Assembly: GCA_964016885.1 (NCBI GenBank)
Contig: OZ024745.1
Coordinates: 96,844,001-96,908,000, forward strand
DNA: 64,000 nucleotides
Source of the DNA: Eledone cirrhosa
Lineage: Eukaryota
Direction: 5' to 3'
In this document: positions 28,401 to 41,826 of the stretch, piece after piece
Numbering within the stretch: position 1 is the stretch's first letter
Layout: each line of letters begins with the position of its first letter
The notes under the pieces: generated by a model
Databases searched by the model: none
Seen by the model: only the letters and a program-made list of their open reading frames with translations
Told to the model about the DNA's origin: nothing
Translations under genes and position numbers: made by a program

Positions 28401-29410
28401 GCCCATAATGTCGTACGTAAGTCATGGTGTCTTGAGTCCTCTCGTGCATGTATCGGGGTCCCCCTGTGAACGTTGAAGGCAAAATATACACTTGCCCTAA
28501 ATTCTCTGGGGATACGTCGTTGTTAATTCCATCGCGTAGATGAATGTAGCATTCAGATCGAAGTTTCTTTTGATTTAATTTTATGAACCATAATCTCTCG
28601 GACTCCATTTTAACGGCCATATCAACTGCAAATTGTTGAAAAGGGTCCCGAGAACGGTGTAGGTGGTTGAATGAATTGTCCCTTACCATAAATCGGAAAG
28701 CGTAGAAATCCATGCAGGTGACAGTTTTGCTAAGATGTGCCTCACCATTGCCTGCCTGAATGTTGAGGAATGCCGAAATGGTATCCGTCCTCGCCGTTGA
28801 CAAATAGCAATGGATACTGGAGTGCATCGTAGGACCTGTGTGTCACATTGATACGCTGTAAGGTGCTCGGTGCTTTAGAATAATATCTCTCTTGTTGTGC
28901 TGTTCACCACAAATAACCGCAGCAATCTCATTACATGTTGGTGCGTTGAACCGACCAGAGTGTTGTCATGAAGCATTTCATGAAGTTTTATTATGGTTTC
29001 AATGTTAGTTTCGGATGAAATAGAGTTTCACATCGCTGCCTGCCCCTGATAGTTTCCAACGAAGTATAACTGAAGAAATTGAGGATCCTTTTCTACCAGA
29101 GGCTGAATAGACCCAATCAAGTGGTAGATCTGCCTCTGGACCTTGAAAGTTGGCATGAACCCACGTTCCGAGGCAAGCTTTCCTCCGAAAGATGTCATCT
29201 GAAACGCGGAATTGTAGCGGCGGATATTACGCAGAAATTTCGATGATTCCTCCGTCGTGTCTGTCAAAAGGAGTTGCAATGTCTCTGGAGGGTCATGAAT
29301 AGGAGGTAGTCTAACTTTACCGTTTGAACAGCACATTCCATCTCTCTCCCCTGGCCACTTTTTCGTACAATTAAACAGGGGAGACAACCGGGTGCAAAAA
29401 CTAATCAATC
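25430..29410 (-). pseudogene. Helitron RepHel, frameshifted
   Basis: CCSNGKV, YNSAFQMTSFG, PSTFTGGPRYM, EWQKRGLPHAHIL, DAPGGMGKT, SSGIAATLL, WDEC, FAMSINKSQGQT. Confidence 0.95.
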
Positions 29411-29778
29411 ATTCGCATGAGTGTGAAATAGCACAATCCACATACAGTAGGCGTTAAAATGTACACCTGGGTTAAATCGTGCTTTCTTGGTTAGGAGTGT
29501 GAAATGACGCCAAAGTTAAAGGAAAAAAATTTAACTCCCCATTCCGCACTTAATTGTGGTGCAATTACACGGGGGAGAGAACCGAGTGCAAAATTGAATT
29601 CAATCATCCTAAAGTTAACTAAACAAACTAAAGTTAAGTCAGGGGGATTTAAAAATTCGCAACTCCATTTGTAGGACATGAGTAACCGATGCGTCAACTT
29701 TCGTTTAAATTGACTTTTATTTCCAGAAGTTGAAATGCTTTGCTGCGACCATAATATGAACTTTAAAAGTGGTCGAAA

Positions 29779-30710
29779 GGGGCTCACTGCCCTCCCTAGG
29801 GGGTTCCCTTGCAAAATTCAAGTGATAAGGAATGTGTGGTACTTAATCTTATGGCAGGCAATAACCATTTCGTTTAGTTTTTGTAAGAATCAAGTATAAA
29901 CTCCCGAGGTTATGGTGCTTTTTTTATTGTGGCAGTTTGAACTTGTATAGGTTAATGAATTGGGCTCATTGTCCCCGAGAGGGTCCTCTTGCTGAATTGA
30001 AATGAAAGTAAATGTGCCTCACTGTATCTTCATCTGTTGTACATGAATAACAACTAAGTCGAAATTCATTGTATTGGACTACCAATTATCGAAACTTTGA
30101 CGCTTTTCTGCATTACAATAGCCAAATTCAATAAATGACTCGCCGGGGCTTACTGCCCCCTGGGGGTCCCCTTGCTTGTGCCGGGTATAGACGTATCTTC
30201 AACATCATCTTTAGTCAATGGGTAACCAACGTGTCCGGTAAAGTTAAAATCGAACGTAAACTTCAAAAGTTATCAGGAACTAATACAGTGTTAATGTGAA
30301 CTTCAATAGATAAGTCAAAGGGGCTTACTGTCCCCCTCTCTTCCCGGGGTCCCCTTGATAGGTTCAAGTAAAGTTCATGTGTTCACCTTCCTTTATAAGC
30401 CAAGGGTAACCAATACGTCTCGCTTTGTGAAAACCAAACACCAACTCAAGCAGTTATGACGTTTTGTTGCATTGATGATATCAACTTCAACATTCATCAA
30501 ATCGGTTTACTGCTCCCCAAGGGGTCCCCTACCTGAATTTATGCGCATGTGCATGCCTGCAAATTTATTTAAACCAAATTTATTTAAACCAAAGATTAAT
30601 TTTGGTGAAGATGGGGGCAAACTGCAAGAATTATGGGGCCTTTATGCAGTAGTACTGCTGACTCCAAGCGAGAGGCTTAAGGGGGTTATCTGCCCCCGGA
30701 GCAGGGGGCA
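29779..30710. repeat. Six degenerate ~180-bp tandem units in the Helitron 2 5' region
   Basis: Motif GGGCTYAYTGYCCC..GGGGTCCCCTTG at ~29779, 29962, 30145, 30320, 30504 and 30681. Confidence 0.8.
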
Positions 30711-31744
30711 CAATCGATATACGGAAAAATAAAAAGGCCTACGACGCGTAATAGGTATGAAATTTGGTGCAAATCGTTGTAAAATGTAGAAATGCATGCG
30801 GTTACACAGACAGACAGACATCTTCTGTTTTATGTATATAGATTATACACAATTATTACATGGCAATGGCGGCGCATTGATAGAGTCGTTAAAATATCGG
30901 ATAGAATGCTTTGTGGTATTCGTTCTGGTTCTCTGAGTTCAACTTTGCCTTTCATCCTTTCGTGGTCGATAAAAAAAGTACCAGTCTAGTACTGGGGTGG
31001 ATTCTTCCTTTATATCTCTTTCTCATTTCTTCTCTCTCACTTGTTATCTTTCTCTGGAAGAAATCTGTTGTACTCAGACCTGGCGAGGGGCGGGTACCCC
31101 TCCGAATCTATCTGATGTTACGGAACCATACATACAATGTAGTATATGATAACATTCTGGAACCTCTCAGTGGTGGTTTCCTACATTAGTAGAAGACCAC
31201 TCATTTTTTGTAGGTGATAGCTATAGTTGAAAATTCGACCTTCCAACTGCTGTCACTTATTTTTAGTCCCCGAGCAATATCGGTGAGTTTGGAACTCAGT
31301 GTGTAGCAGAATAGAACTAAATGATGTTGGTAAGAGGATCACTGTACTGTATAGAGTGACTCTATATATAGCCGTAAGTGTATTGTTTAAAGCTACAAAA
31401 ACAAATCAGAAAGAAGCAGTCTACCATGATCCAGCAGAGCCATTGCTGTGACTTCAATTAACTAATAACATATAGATTACATTAATATGATCTATAGAAG
31501 CTTTATGTAGCTAAAGAATATATCGTATAGTTCAGAGTGTCAAAACTGCACAACTTTAAGCTATAATTCTACGAGAAGAAAAAAATGCTCAGCTTAGATA
31601 AAGTTTGGTTGAATATATTCCATTCTCTCTGAGATGCTTTGACAAGTTATTTGATCTGTGATCACGTGTTGAGATTAAACAATTGCATCGTGATAGAGTT
31701 GAATAAATTACTTATATAACATGCATTCATACATTCACTATTAT

Positions 31745-32072
31745 TAAAGTGAGTAACTCGGAGATCAGAGAGTCACTCTAGGCAGAGCTGCTACTTCTGC
31801 GAATTGAGAGATCACAGCTCAGATACTATGGGCATGTGCTTAGAATGTCACAGGAAAGAATCGTTGGACAGATTTTACGGGCAAAACTAACCGGCAAGAG
31901 ACTCGGAGTAAGATAGTTGGATAACATCCATGAGCTTGGTTGGTCACGCTTGGGAATCCAGCCGGATCAGTTGGAGACAATTGCTTCTGACAGGACCTAC
32001 TGGAAGGGGTGTTTGAGGACTCTGTCCTACGACCATCTCAGGAATAAGTGGGCGAAGAAGAAGAAGAAGAAG
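31745..32072 (+). mobile_element. RTE LINE 3' end with (AAG)n tail
   Basis: LLLRIERSQLRYYGHVLRMSQERIVGQIL...ASDRTYWK. Confidence 0.85.
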
Positions 32073-32111
32073 AATGTTGTAATACTGATATATATTATTA
32101 GGTATCAAAAC

Positions 32112-33505
32112 TCTATGCGTCAGATGCCATGCTTTGACGCACAGAGTTACGGCCCTTGCCATTCTGAGTTCAAATCCCGCCGAGGTTAACTTTGCCTTTC
32201 ATCCTTCCGGGGTCGATAAAATAAAGTACCAGTAATGCACTGGATAATTGTGGCCTTGTGCCAAAAGTAGAAACATTATTAGGTATCAAAACAGACCTGT
32301 GACTTAGTAATTGATACACTTCTTCACTACACAGTGGTATTCTTTAGTGACGTCATCAGTTGCAGTAGATTATCACTATACAGTGAAGAGAATAGAAATG
32401 ATTAGGTCATAGATGTATGACGAAGGATGTTAATATACGGTGAATTGGCAGTATCGGTAGAGGGTCGGACGCCATGCTTTGACGCATAGAGTTACGGCCC
32501 TTGCCATTCTGAGTTCAAATCCCGCCGAGGTTAACTTTGCCTTTCATCCTTACGGGGTCGATAAAATAAAGTACCAGTAATGTACTGGGTAATTGCTGGC
32601 CTTGTAGTAGAAACAATTATTACAAAATAGTAATAAATTACAAATTAGAATGCATGTACTTTTACAACGATATTATTTGCGACTCAATATTCATTATTCA
32701 GTTTTAAAATGTAACGAAATATCTTATATTGAAATTTAAAAAAAAAATCAATTTACTATTTTAAAAGGAAGTATGTTGTATGATAATTATTTAATTTATT
32801 AAAAGCATATTTCTCCCATTAAATCTCTAGGAAGACGTAATAAAACGTCTTGTAAGATTTCTCTTAAGATAAACTGCTATGTAACATAATGAAATTAGAG
32901 CGAAATTTTGGTATGGAAAGTACACTTTATATTAATATCCATGTAAATAATAAACCAGATAGGACACAAACAACAATAAATAAAGCCATAAAACCCAATA
33001 AAAACAATAGAGAAAGAGCAAAGTAAATGGATTTAATTATGTGGTGGGAAATAACGGAAGAGGAGTTAAGGTTTCGGACCTGGTCCTTCAACAAGACAAA
33101 ACGAATCAGAAGAGAAGGCAAAAATGGAAGCACAGAAGAAGAAAAATAGATGATAACAAAGCAATGCTTGTTGAGAGGTATTTCATGCTAAGATGTGAAA
33201 CATAAAGACATGGAGTAAATAGGCTGTTAGCAAAGAATCATGAAAAGTAAGGACGTATATGTGGCAAATTTACTATAGTAATCAGATTTTTTATTTCTAG
33301 GATACAATTACATAAAAATAATTGTTTCTACTTTTGGCACAAGGCCAACAATTATCCCAGTGCATTACTGGTGTTTTATTTTATCGATCCCGTAAAGATG
33401 AAAGGCAAAGTGAACCTCGGCGGGCTTTGAACTCAGACCGTAAAGGACCGTAACTTTATGCTGTAAAACATGGCGTCCGACCCTCTACCGATACTGCCAA
33501 TCCAC
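32112..33505. mobile_element. Three separate SINE copies (32112-32282 +, 32438-32622 +, 33317-33505 -)
   Basis: SINE consensus. The first is flanked by TSD ATTATTAGGTATCAAAAC. Confidence 0.88.
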
Positions 33506-33679
33506 ATGAAAATAATAAAGAATTGAATATTTATTCAAACACATAGCAAAAGACAATAGCATTGCAAAAAACTATAAAGGCTACACATGAGAGGAAAAGG
33601 GGGGAAAGGGCAAGAATTATTAAGCAACAAAAGAAAGAAAGGAGGAAGGGGAGAGGGTGACATACTCTACACCTAAGTC

Positions 33680-33970
33680 AGAGTGGTGTTTGGGCTTCAC
33701 CCCGCGGACAGAATGGCAAAGGCGTTTCCGCGGACAATGGCCAGTGACACCCATTGCAACGACCATCCCACCAGCAGGGCCCCTTCCTCAGACGAGCTAA
33801 TGTCATCCCGATTTTACGGAGGACGAGAGCTGTAAGGGTTCCGAGAAAAGACATCTGAAGTCTCGACGGCGACCACTACAAAGAGGAAGAAGCCGGAAAA
33901 GCCCCGGTATTTGCTTATCTTTTTGTCCTCTGCAATGCGGGCAGCGGTACTGGAGCTTGCGACCGAAGCG
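33680..33970 (-). pseudogene. CRE-clade non-LTR retrotransposon C-terminal (restriction-like endonuclease) fragment
   Basis: Hand translation STAARIAEDKKISKYRG..FLFVVVAVETS and LQWVSLAIVRGNAFAIL. Confidence 0.7.
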
Positions 33971-34428
33971 ACTCAACCGGAGGCGGAGAACGTGTCGTGG
34001 ACAAATAATTTTGAAAACAAGCAGGAATACAGAAAGCTGCAGTAATGCAACTAATTTTCTTATTATTAAGATGGCGTTTGAAAATTATGATAGAAGGGTT
34101 TAAGATAAAAATAAACATGAAAAAAAGGACATTTTGTATCGTAGAACTAGGAACGATTTCAGATGGCTTGGTATCAAAATAGTTGAAATATATTTGATAT
34201 CATCGTGAAATAAAGTGTCTTGCTCAAGGACATAAAATTTCATCCGGGCCCAGGAATCGAACCTACAATCTCACTATCGCGAAACAAATTCTCTAACTAC
34301 TAAACAAATTCTCTAACTACTAAACTCAGTAATGAAAATAATATATGTATATTTGTATGTATGAATATATATATATATATGTATGTCTGGATGTATGTAT
34401 GTAAGTATATATGTATATATGTATGTAT

Positions 34429-34840
34429 GGGAGAGATGACCCCTTAGCCTTTGTCAAGGCAGAATTCTAGGAGAAGGAAAACTCTGATGTAACACCTGCA
34501 ACCCTGATGGTATCCAATGATGTTGACCTGTTCTTCTTTTTGGTAAATATCATCTTGGTTAAGAGAGTGGGACTGGCTTTGTGCAGTGCCTTTGCTCACT
34601 ATAAAAGCTTCACAGCACAGGCATTGCTTTATATCTGGAGATCTCTCTGCACTTGTCGTCACATGGTACCATGGGCCCAGCACTATGTGTCAATAATTAT
34701 CACAAGTGTAGTGTTTGTACCAGAGTTTTCAAGTCGCTGGCTGGACTAAAAAGTCACATTCGTTCAGCGCATCGGTAGGGGTTCTCCTACATGGATATAA
34801 AGTAGTGGCCGTACTCGAAAACAAGTTGGCAGCTACCATG
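34429..34840 (+). mobile_element. Truncated copy of the 17233-17850 retroposon
   Basis: Near identity and a (TATG)n tail. Confidence 0.85.
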
Positions 34841-35440
34841 TATGTATGTATGTATGTATGTATGTATGTATGTATGTATGTATGTATGTATGTATGTATG
34901 TATGTATGTATGTATGTATGTATGTCTAAGTGTGTGTATGTACATATGTATGTATGTAATGTTAAACTATGAAAGAATAAAACATGTTAAAATAGTTAAA
35001 TAATCCATTGCTTTACGATCGTTTCAGAGAGCAATATTATAGATGTGATGATCAGCCGATGCCAATTCTGTAACTCCATTAGCTTCGGAAAAGCACAACA
35101 GCTCTGTCATCTATCATCGCAAAACACTGGATTAATTACTACTTCACCATGTCTGAATCTTTCATTGTTTAACCTTATATATCTGACAGTGTATTTTTCT
35201 GTATTCAACGACATATCCTTGGATATCATTTTACCATAAAATTAGATTTCACTTTATTTCGATGGGATATTCACATCAACACTATATCGAGTTCTAATAT
35301 GGATATGAACCCTACCTTCATTAGGTTTATAGGTGTGTGTGGCTCACTGAATACACACGTGTTTTTTGTTTGCTTCTTTCCCGTTCCTTCCTCTCTTCGC
35401 TCTCTATCTTTCTATTTCATCTTTTATTTCTCATTATATC

Positions 35441-35475
35441 TCCAGATGAAGGACTAGTGTCCGAAACGTAATGAC
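35441..35475 (+). ncRNA. Degenerate hammerhead-like motif (CAGATGA core)
   Basis: CAGATGA-aGGAC(tagt)GTCC-GAAAC-GTA. Stem I is unclear. Confidence 0.45.
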
Positions 35476-36620
35476 TATTTCTTTTACTGTTGTTTGCTCA
35501 TCCAACCTTTTGGATTATTGATTGACCAAGGATACTGATTAGCATTGAGCTTTTATAATCTTTACCAGGATATATATTGGTAAACTCTAATATAACCTAA
35601 CATATATATATATATATGTGTGTGTGTGTCTGTGTGTATATATGTGTGTATATATACACACACACAATGTACTTTTATATGTCTACGCGTGCGCATTTGT
35701 TGTGTCGATGTGTTTTTGCCGGCGTGCACAAAGACATTTTCGCGGATGTGAAATAGTAGGCATTCTCGTTGTTTGGGGATATGATTTGTTTCTGTTTGTT
35801 GTTAGTTGTGTTCTTGCACGTGCAGGTGTATCTGTTTATGTATATGCACGTATACGCATGTGTGTTAGTTATGTGTATGGCTTCTGTGCGTAACTGCATT
35901 ATAGAAGGGGGGAAAAACAGCGGTGGATGTGGTAGAGTTGGAGCCGCAAGGGAAAGCAGATGGAGGTAAGAGAAAGGTAAAGAATCTGAGAATACTATGC
36001 ATGGTAGAAAGGGAGAAAGACTGAAAGGGTAAGTAGAATATAGCTGCCGATCAATAGTTGCATTTTCTTGACACACTACTGCATACATTCCAAAGATAGG
36101 TGCGTGAAGTATGGAATTCACTTATTGTGCGTTCTTCTCTATAAATTAATCTGGCTAAGATCAATAGAAGCAATGGTAAACAAAAAAAATAAACAACACA
36201 CACAAACAATAAAAATAAATACAAGGTAATATTGAAATTGTAGAACATCTTTTAAGACGAAAATAATTTTCCTGTTCGTCTATTGTTTCTTTCTTATTTT
36301 AAACCTGTTAATCTCGGTTTAATTATGCTGTCGAAACATTTAAATAGTGCACTGTATATTACTTAGTTACGTCTTGCTTTTCATACTTAATATATAATTC
36401 CTTTTATTTTGGTTTTGATGATTTTTTTCTGTAATTTTTCAATTTCTTTAATGCTGTCTTAATTTTCAATTTGGCTTTTGATATTCAGTCTATTGTCTTC
36501 ACCGTCCTTGTTATACATACTTAAATGAACGTATATACTTACGTGCATACTCACTCACATACACACACACACACACACATACAATTCAAACAAAGACATA
36601 CACTCAGAAACACACATACG

Positions 36621-36709
<89 letters not shown>

Positions 36710-36760
36710 GGCTTCTACAGGACTAGAACTGTTTCATTCGGGAGAAATCATCAGGAAGCC
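36710..36760 (-). ncRNA. Type I hammerhead ribozyme
   Basis: GGCTTC-CTGATGA-tTTC(tccc)GAAt-GAAACAG...CTGTA-GAAGCC. Confidence 0.88.
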
Positions 36761-36865
36761 CTGGTGATTTTATAAAATTATATATATAAACTTATATATA
36801 TATATAAAACCTGTTCCCAAACAGACCTATTGTATTGAATCTTTGTTCTTATCAATAAACAAGTA

Positions 36866-37007
36866 TCATTATTTCTGAAGACAGCATATATATGTGAAGG
36901 TATGTATATTCCCTCTGATAGTTTGTATAAATATTGTACATAGATCTATAGAATATGCATACCAATTCTAACACATATATATCCTAGAAACGATCGTAAA
37001 ATAATGA
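36866..37007 (+). ncRNA. Type I hammerhead with ~105-nt stem II (second copy 42017-42154)
   Basis: TCATTATTT-CTGAAGA-[ATATATATGTG/CACATATATAT, GGTATGTATATTC/GAATATGCATACC]-GAAAC-gatc-GTA-AAATAATGA. Confidence 0.85.
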
Positions 37008-37355
37008 ACTTTTTTTGTTTAATATAAGGAACTGTTTCTTTGTTTATTCATTATTTTTTTAATAATTTATCTTGACTCTGTTTTCCGTTTATTTTTCACC
37101 GAAAGTAGTTTTTGAATGCATCTTCTCTTTTCATGATATCCGGATTACATTGAGTTCTTCATACGGATTGGACACTACCGTAAACTTTTGGTAGATTTAT
37201 CTACATACTTTGCTCCTATTTTCACGGAGATATTCTTATTTTTGTATTGTATGTGTATGTAAATTTATATATATATATATACATATATGTGTATGGCTTT
37301 ATAACTCCATATACAAATAGTTGAGCTCTTTTTCTTGTCCATTATCCATATCACA

Positions 37356-39809
37356 ATGGAAAAACAATACTTGGGAACTTCTTTAAAGAATATACCATTA
37401 CCTTCTAAGGGTGATTTCTTACTTCTTATGATACAAAAAACCAACCAATTTATCAGAAGAGTCAGATGGAGGGCCTACCACTTCGATAAAAAATCAAAAT
37501 GTACAGATAGGAAATATCTGTATGATTTCACTACATACAAAAATCCACCACACAACTCTCTACTTGAAAACTTTGAGAAAGACCTTTTTAATTTAATCAA
37601 ACACCTCAAATTTAAGAGGTATAAATCTAACTTTCAAAAGGACCTTGATTCTACCCTATTGGACCTAAATAAATCTAAAAAAATCCATGTCCACTCGGAC
37701 AAAACTGGAAACCTATATCACATGGATATTGAAAATTACAATGAGTTCATATATAAAGAACTCAGGAAAAATTATAGAAAAACAAATAATGCGTCACTTA
37801 CCAACATCAACAACAAAACACACAGCATAGTGAATAGACTTAATATTGAAGATAGAACTGAACCTTTGGCATTGAAAAGACCACACTTCAACCTGAAAGA
37901 TCATAAATCAAACTTTAACTCTAATCCTTCTATAAGACTTATATGCCCTTCCAAATCGGATATTGGAATAATTAGTAAAAAAATTTTAGATAGAGTCATC
38001 CCACAAATAAGAAAACATGTTAATTTACCACTCTGGGAAAACACATCCCAGGTAATTAACTGGTTTAATAATATTAGATATAAATCCTCTGCTTCATTTT
38101 TACAATTTGATATAGATAATTGCTATTCTTCTATATCACCTATACTCCTGAACAAAGCCTTGATATTTGCTAAAAATAGATCTAACTTAACTTTGGATGA
38201 CATTAATATTATTACACATGCTAGACTAACACTACTGGAATTTCAGAATGAATACTGGACCAGAAACACATATAGTAATCTATTTGATATTACTATGGGC
38301 TCAAGCGATTCTGCCCAAATTACTGATCTTGTGGGCCTCTTTCTTCTTTTTAATATAAATGCTTCCTTTCCCCACCTTAAAGGTGGTTTATATCGTGACG
38401 ACTGTCTTCTTCTTTCCAATAACCTTAGCCTCTCAGAGATAGAAAAAAATAAAAAGCTTATTAGAACTTTCCTTAAAGACTATTATAGTCTAGATATTAC
38501 ATTTGAAAACACAAGTAAAGTAGTTAATTTCCTAGATATAACATTAGACTTATCTACGGGTATCTACCAACCTTACCATAAACCCAACCCAAATTTACAC
38601 TACATACACTCACAATCTAATCACCCTAAATCTATCCTTAAAAACCTTGCATATAATATATCACTTAGAATTTCTAACCTTTCGTCTAACCAAGATGTAT
38701 TTGATAAAAATGCGACCTTTTATAACGAAGCTCTAGCTAGAAGTGGCCACAAAAATAGATTAGAATATATACCTTCTACCAATAACACTACAAACATACA
38801 ACCTAATATTACCAACAAACACCAAATGAAACGTACACACCTAAACGCCACTCACACTATACCCCAAAATACCAACATAAAACCAAATTTCCCTAACTCC
38901 TCTAATATACAGTATAGTAACTCTCAAAAAACTACTCATCCTACAACTCTAATAAATGTTAATAATAAAACTCCTAATAAACAAGCTAAAACACCTAAAT
39001 CAATAGATCTAACTAAAAATGTGTGTGGAGAGGTCATTAACAATAATTCTCCTAGTAAACATCAGGATGCATCCTATAAAAACAATAAACAACATAGAAA
39101 CCGTAATAGACGAGTTACTTGGTATAATGCTCCATTTAATTTACAAGTTAAGGATAATATACCTAAAAAATTCTTTAATATCCTAGAGAAAAACTTCCCG
39201 CCAAACCACAAATACCATCAAATCTTAAATAGATCAACAGTTAAATTCTCCTACTCAACAACCAAAAACATAAAACAAAATATAAGTGCCTATAATGCAT
39301 ATAAATGTAAAAAAACCATAAGTATACCACCAGTACATCAAACTAGCCATAATATCTCCTCAAATACTGGATTCACGAAAAGTTGTAATTGTAGAAACAA
39401 GGCAAACTGTCCATTAAAAGGAAATTGCCTTGTTAATAACATAATATATAAATGTAAAGTTAACACTAAGGACTCTATTTGTTCATATATAGGAGCTACC
39501 TCTAACAATTTTAAGGTAAGATTTAATACCCACAAACATAGTTTTAAAAATGCCGCACTAGCTAATACAACATCTCTAGCTGAAAAAATTAATAGTTATA
39601 GAAAGAGGAATATAGAATATGACATGACCTGGAGTGTGCTCAAAAGAGCCACCCCTTATCAAAATAGTAGAAATGAATGTAGATTGTGTTCCCAAGAACT
39701 TTTCGAAATAATGAAATCTAAGGATATCCTATTAAATAAGCGACAGGAATTAATAATATCGTGTAATCATAAACTGAGAAAAACATTTAAATATTATAAA
39801 CCTAATTAA
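37356..39809 (+). CDS. PLE reverse transcriptase-GIY-YIG endonuclease polyprotein (817 aa from first ATG)
   Basis: SLKNIP, LKDHK, FDIDNCY, MGS, LYRDD, NFLD, SNHP, WYNAP, CNC..CPL..C, IIY..YIG..R..H, CRLC..CNH. No stops. Confidence 0.93.
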   Translation: MEKQYLGTSLKNIPLPSKGDFLLLMIQKTNQFIRRVRWRAYHFDKKSKCTDRKYLYDFTTYKNPPHNSLLENFEKDLFNLIKHLKFKRYKSNFQKDLDSTLLDLNKSKKIHVHSDKTGNLYHMDIENYNEFIYKELRKNYRKTNNASLTNINNKTHSIVNRLNIEDRTEPLALKRPHFNLKDHKSNFNSNPSIRLICPSKSDIGIISKKILDRVIPQIRKHVNLPLWENTSQVINWFNNIRYKSSASFLQFDIDNCYSSISPILLNKALIFAKNRSNLTLDDINIITHARLTLLEFQNEYWTRNTYSNLFDITMGSSDSAQITDLVGLFLLFNINASFPHLKGGLYRDDCLLLSNNLSLSEIEKNKKLIRTFLKDYYSLDITFENTSKVVNFLDITLDLSTGIYQPYHKPNPNLHYIHSQSNHPKSILKNLAYNISLRISNLSSNQDVFDKNATFYNEALARSGHKNRLEYIPSTNNTTNIQPNITNKHQMKRTHLNATHTIPQNTNIKPNFPNSSNIQYSNSQKTTHPTTLINVNNKTPNKQAKTPKSIDLTKNVCGEVINNNSPSKHQDASYKNNKQHRNRNRRVTWYNAPFNLQVKDNIPKKFFNILEKNFPPNHKYHQILNRSTVKFSYSTTKNIKQNISAYNAYKCKKTISIPPVHQTSHNISSNTGFTKSCNCRNKANCPLKGNCLVNNIIYKCKVNTKDSICSYIGATSNNFKVRFNTHKHSFKNAALANTTSLAEKINSYRKRNIEYDMTWSVLKRATPYQNSRNECRLCSQELFEIMKSKDILLNKRQELIISCNHKLRKTFKYYKPN

Positions 39810-40590
39810 TATACACTTTAGAAATTAATATATCGATTAATTTTAATTTAGTTAACCTATAATTAAAATTCTACTACAGATGAAATACAACAAAATATCG
39901 TGTAATCATAAACTGAGAAAAACATTTAAATATTATAAACCTAATTAATATACACATTAGAAATTAATATATAGATTAATTTTAATTTAGTTAACCTATA
40001 ATTTTAATTTAGTTAACCTATAATTAAAATTCCACTACAGATGAAATACAAAATATCGTGTAATCATAAACTGAGAAAAACATTTAAATATAAACCTAAT
40101 TAATATACACTTTAGAAATTAATATATAGATTAATTTAAATTTAGTTAACCTATAATTAAAATTCTACTACAGATGAAATACAAAATTCTGCTTTAAATA
40201 TTATAAACCTAATTAATATACACTATAGAAATTAATATATAAACTATTTTTAATTTAGTTAACCTATAATTAATATTCTATTACCGATGAACTACATAAT
40301 TTGGCTTTCCTTCTTACAAATATCATTTCCTAAAACTGATACCATTAAGTAAACATATGTAATTATTTTTAATTTAGTTAAGCTATAATTAATATTCCAC
40401 TACTGATGAACTACATAATTCCGCTTTAAATATTATAAACCTAATTATTATACACCTTAGAAATTAATATATAAACTATTTTTATTTTAGTTAACCTATA
40501 ATTAATATTCTACTAATGATGAACTACATAATTTGGCTTTCCTTCTTACAAATATCATTTCCTAAAACTGATACCATTAAGTAAACATAT
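39755..40590 (+). repeat. Tandem amplification (~120-160-bp units) of the PLE ORF end and 3' UTR
   Basis: AATATCGTGTAATCATAAACTGAG... at 39755, 39893 and 40051, followed by partial units. Confidence 0.9.
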
Positions 40591-41022
40591 ATAAAGCTTT
40601 AACTTCAGGTTATGACTCTATGTTCCTTGAAACCTATATATATTTACTATTTCCCACTAATAAATTTAATCCCCCCCCCCCCAATAATTATATGTATATG
40701 TAAGCGTGGATGTGTGTGTGTATATATAAGTGAGTATGTATGTATGTGTATATGTATGAGAGTGTAAAAATACATATATATGTATGTGTAGATATATATA
40801 TATGTATATGTATGTGTATATGTGTGTGTGTGTATATATGTGTATGTATATATATGTGTATATGTGTGTGTGTGTGTGTATGTATATGTACATGTGTATA
40901 TGCGTATATATATATGTATATGTATGTATGGGTATATGTTTGTGTGTGTATGTATGTGTATATATATATATATATATGTGTGTATGTGTGTGTATGTATG
41001 TGTGTATATATATGTAGGTATA

Positions 41023-41065
<43 letters not shown>

Positions 41066-41826
41066 TTTTTATATTTTTATCTTCTTTTAATCTCCCCTCA
41101 TCCTTAACAGCACTTTTAAACTGCATCTAACTCTTATTTATCACATCTATATGTATTAGTATAATTTTATCAAAAAATATAGATATATATATGTACCCAT
41201 CAATTAAATTAATTTTATATCCTTTTCATAGATGTATTTTTTTCACTAACATCTTTATCTTAAAACTCTGGTCACCCTAGATATTTGTATTGGCATCACT
41301 ATTTTATAACAGCAACTGCTTGTATACCTTCTACTAACCACCTGACCTAATTTCACCCCTAAAATAAGTTTCAATTACTACTATTTTACCATTTGGCCAA
41401 ATATTAACTATCTATTGGTTAATTCTAAACCTCTTACCAAACAGACAGAATATATTTGATCTTTGTTGGTTTTAGTCAATGAACAAATAAATTTATATCT
41501 GAGGTCAACATATGACCTACTTCTTCCCTAAAGTAATCCATTATTATATTGGATCTTTGTTGGTTTTATTCAATGAGCAATTAAAATTATTTCTGAGGTC
41601 AACATATGACCTACTTCTTCCCTAAAGTAATCCTTCATTCATAATACTCTTTTCCTTCCAAAACTGAAATCTACTTCCCCTACCCATAATTTAAGGTTCT
41701 CCTAATGCTATCTATCTTGACCCTCACTATCTCCTGATTGGTCAATTCAAAACCTGTTCCCAAACAGACCTATTGTATTGAATCTTTGTTCTTATCAATA
41801 AACAAGTATCATTATTTCTGAAGACA

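Larger units (their letters stand above)
24831..30842 (-). mobile_element. Helitron 2 (both termini, defective)
   Basis: A|TCTATATAC...(TCTG)n 5' end at 30842. The 3' hairpin CCGGGCAACGCCGG is followed by CTAG|T at 24831. Confidence 0.93.

Noticed and set aside
40250-40530. CTGATGA-like strings in the tandem array as hammerheads
   Set aside because: No stem II or GAAAY-stem III follows.
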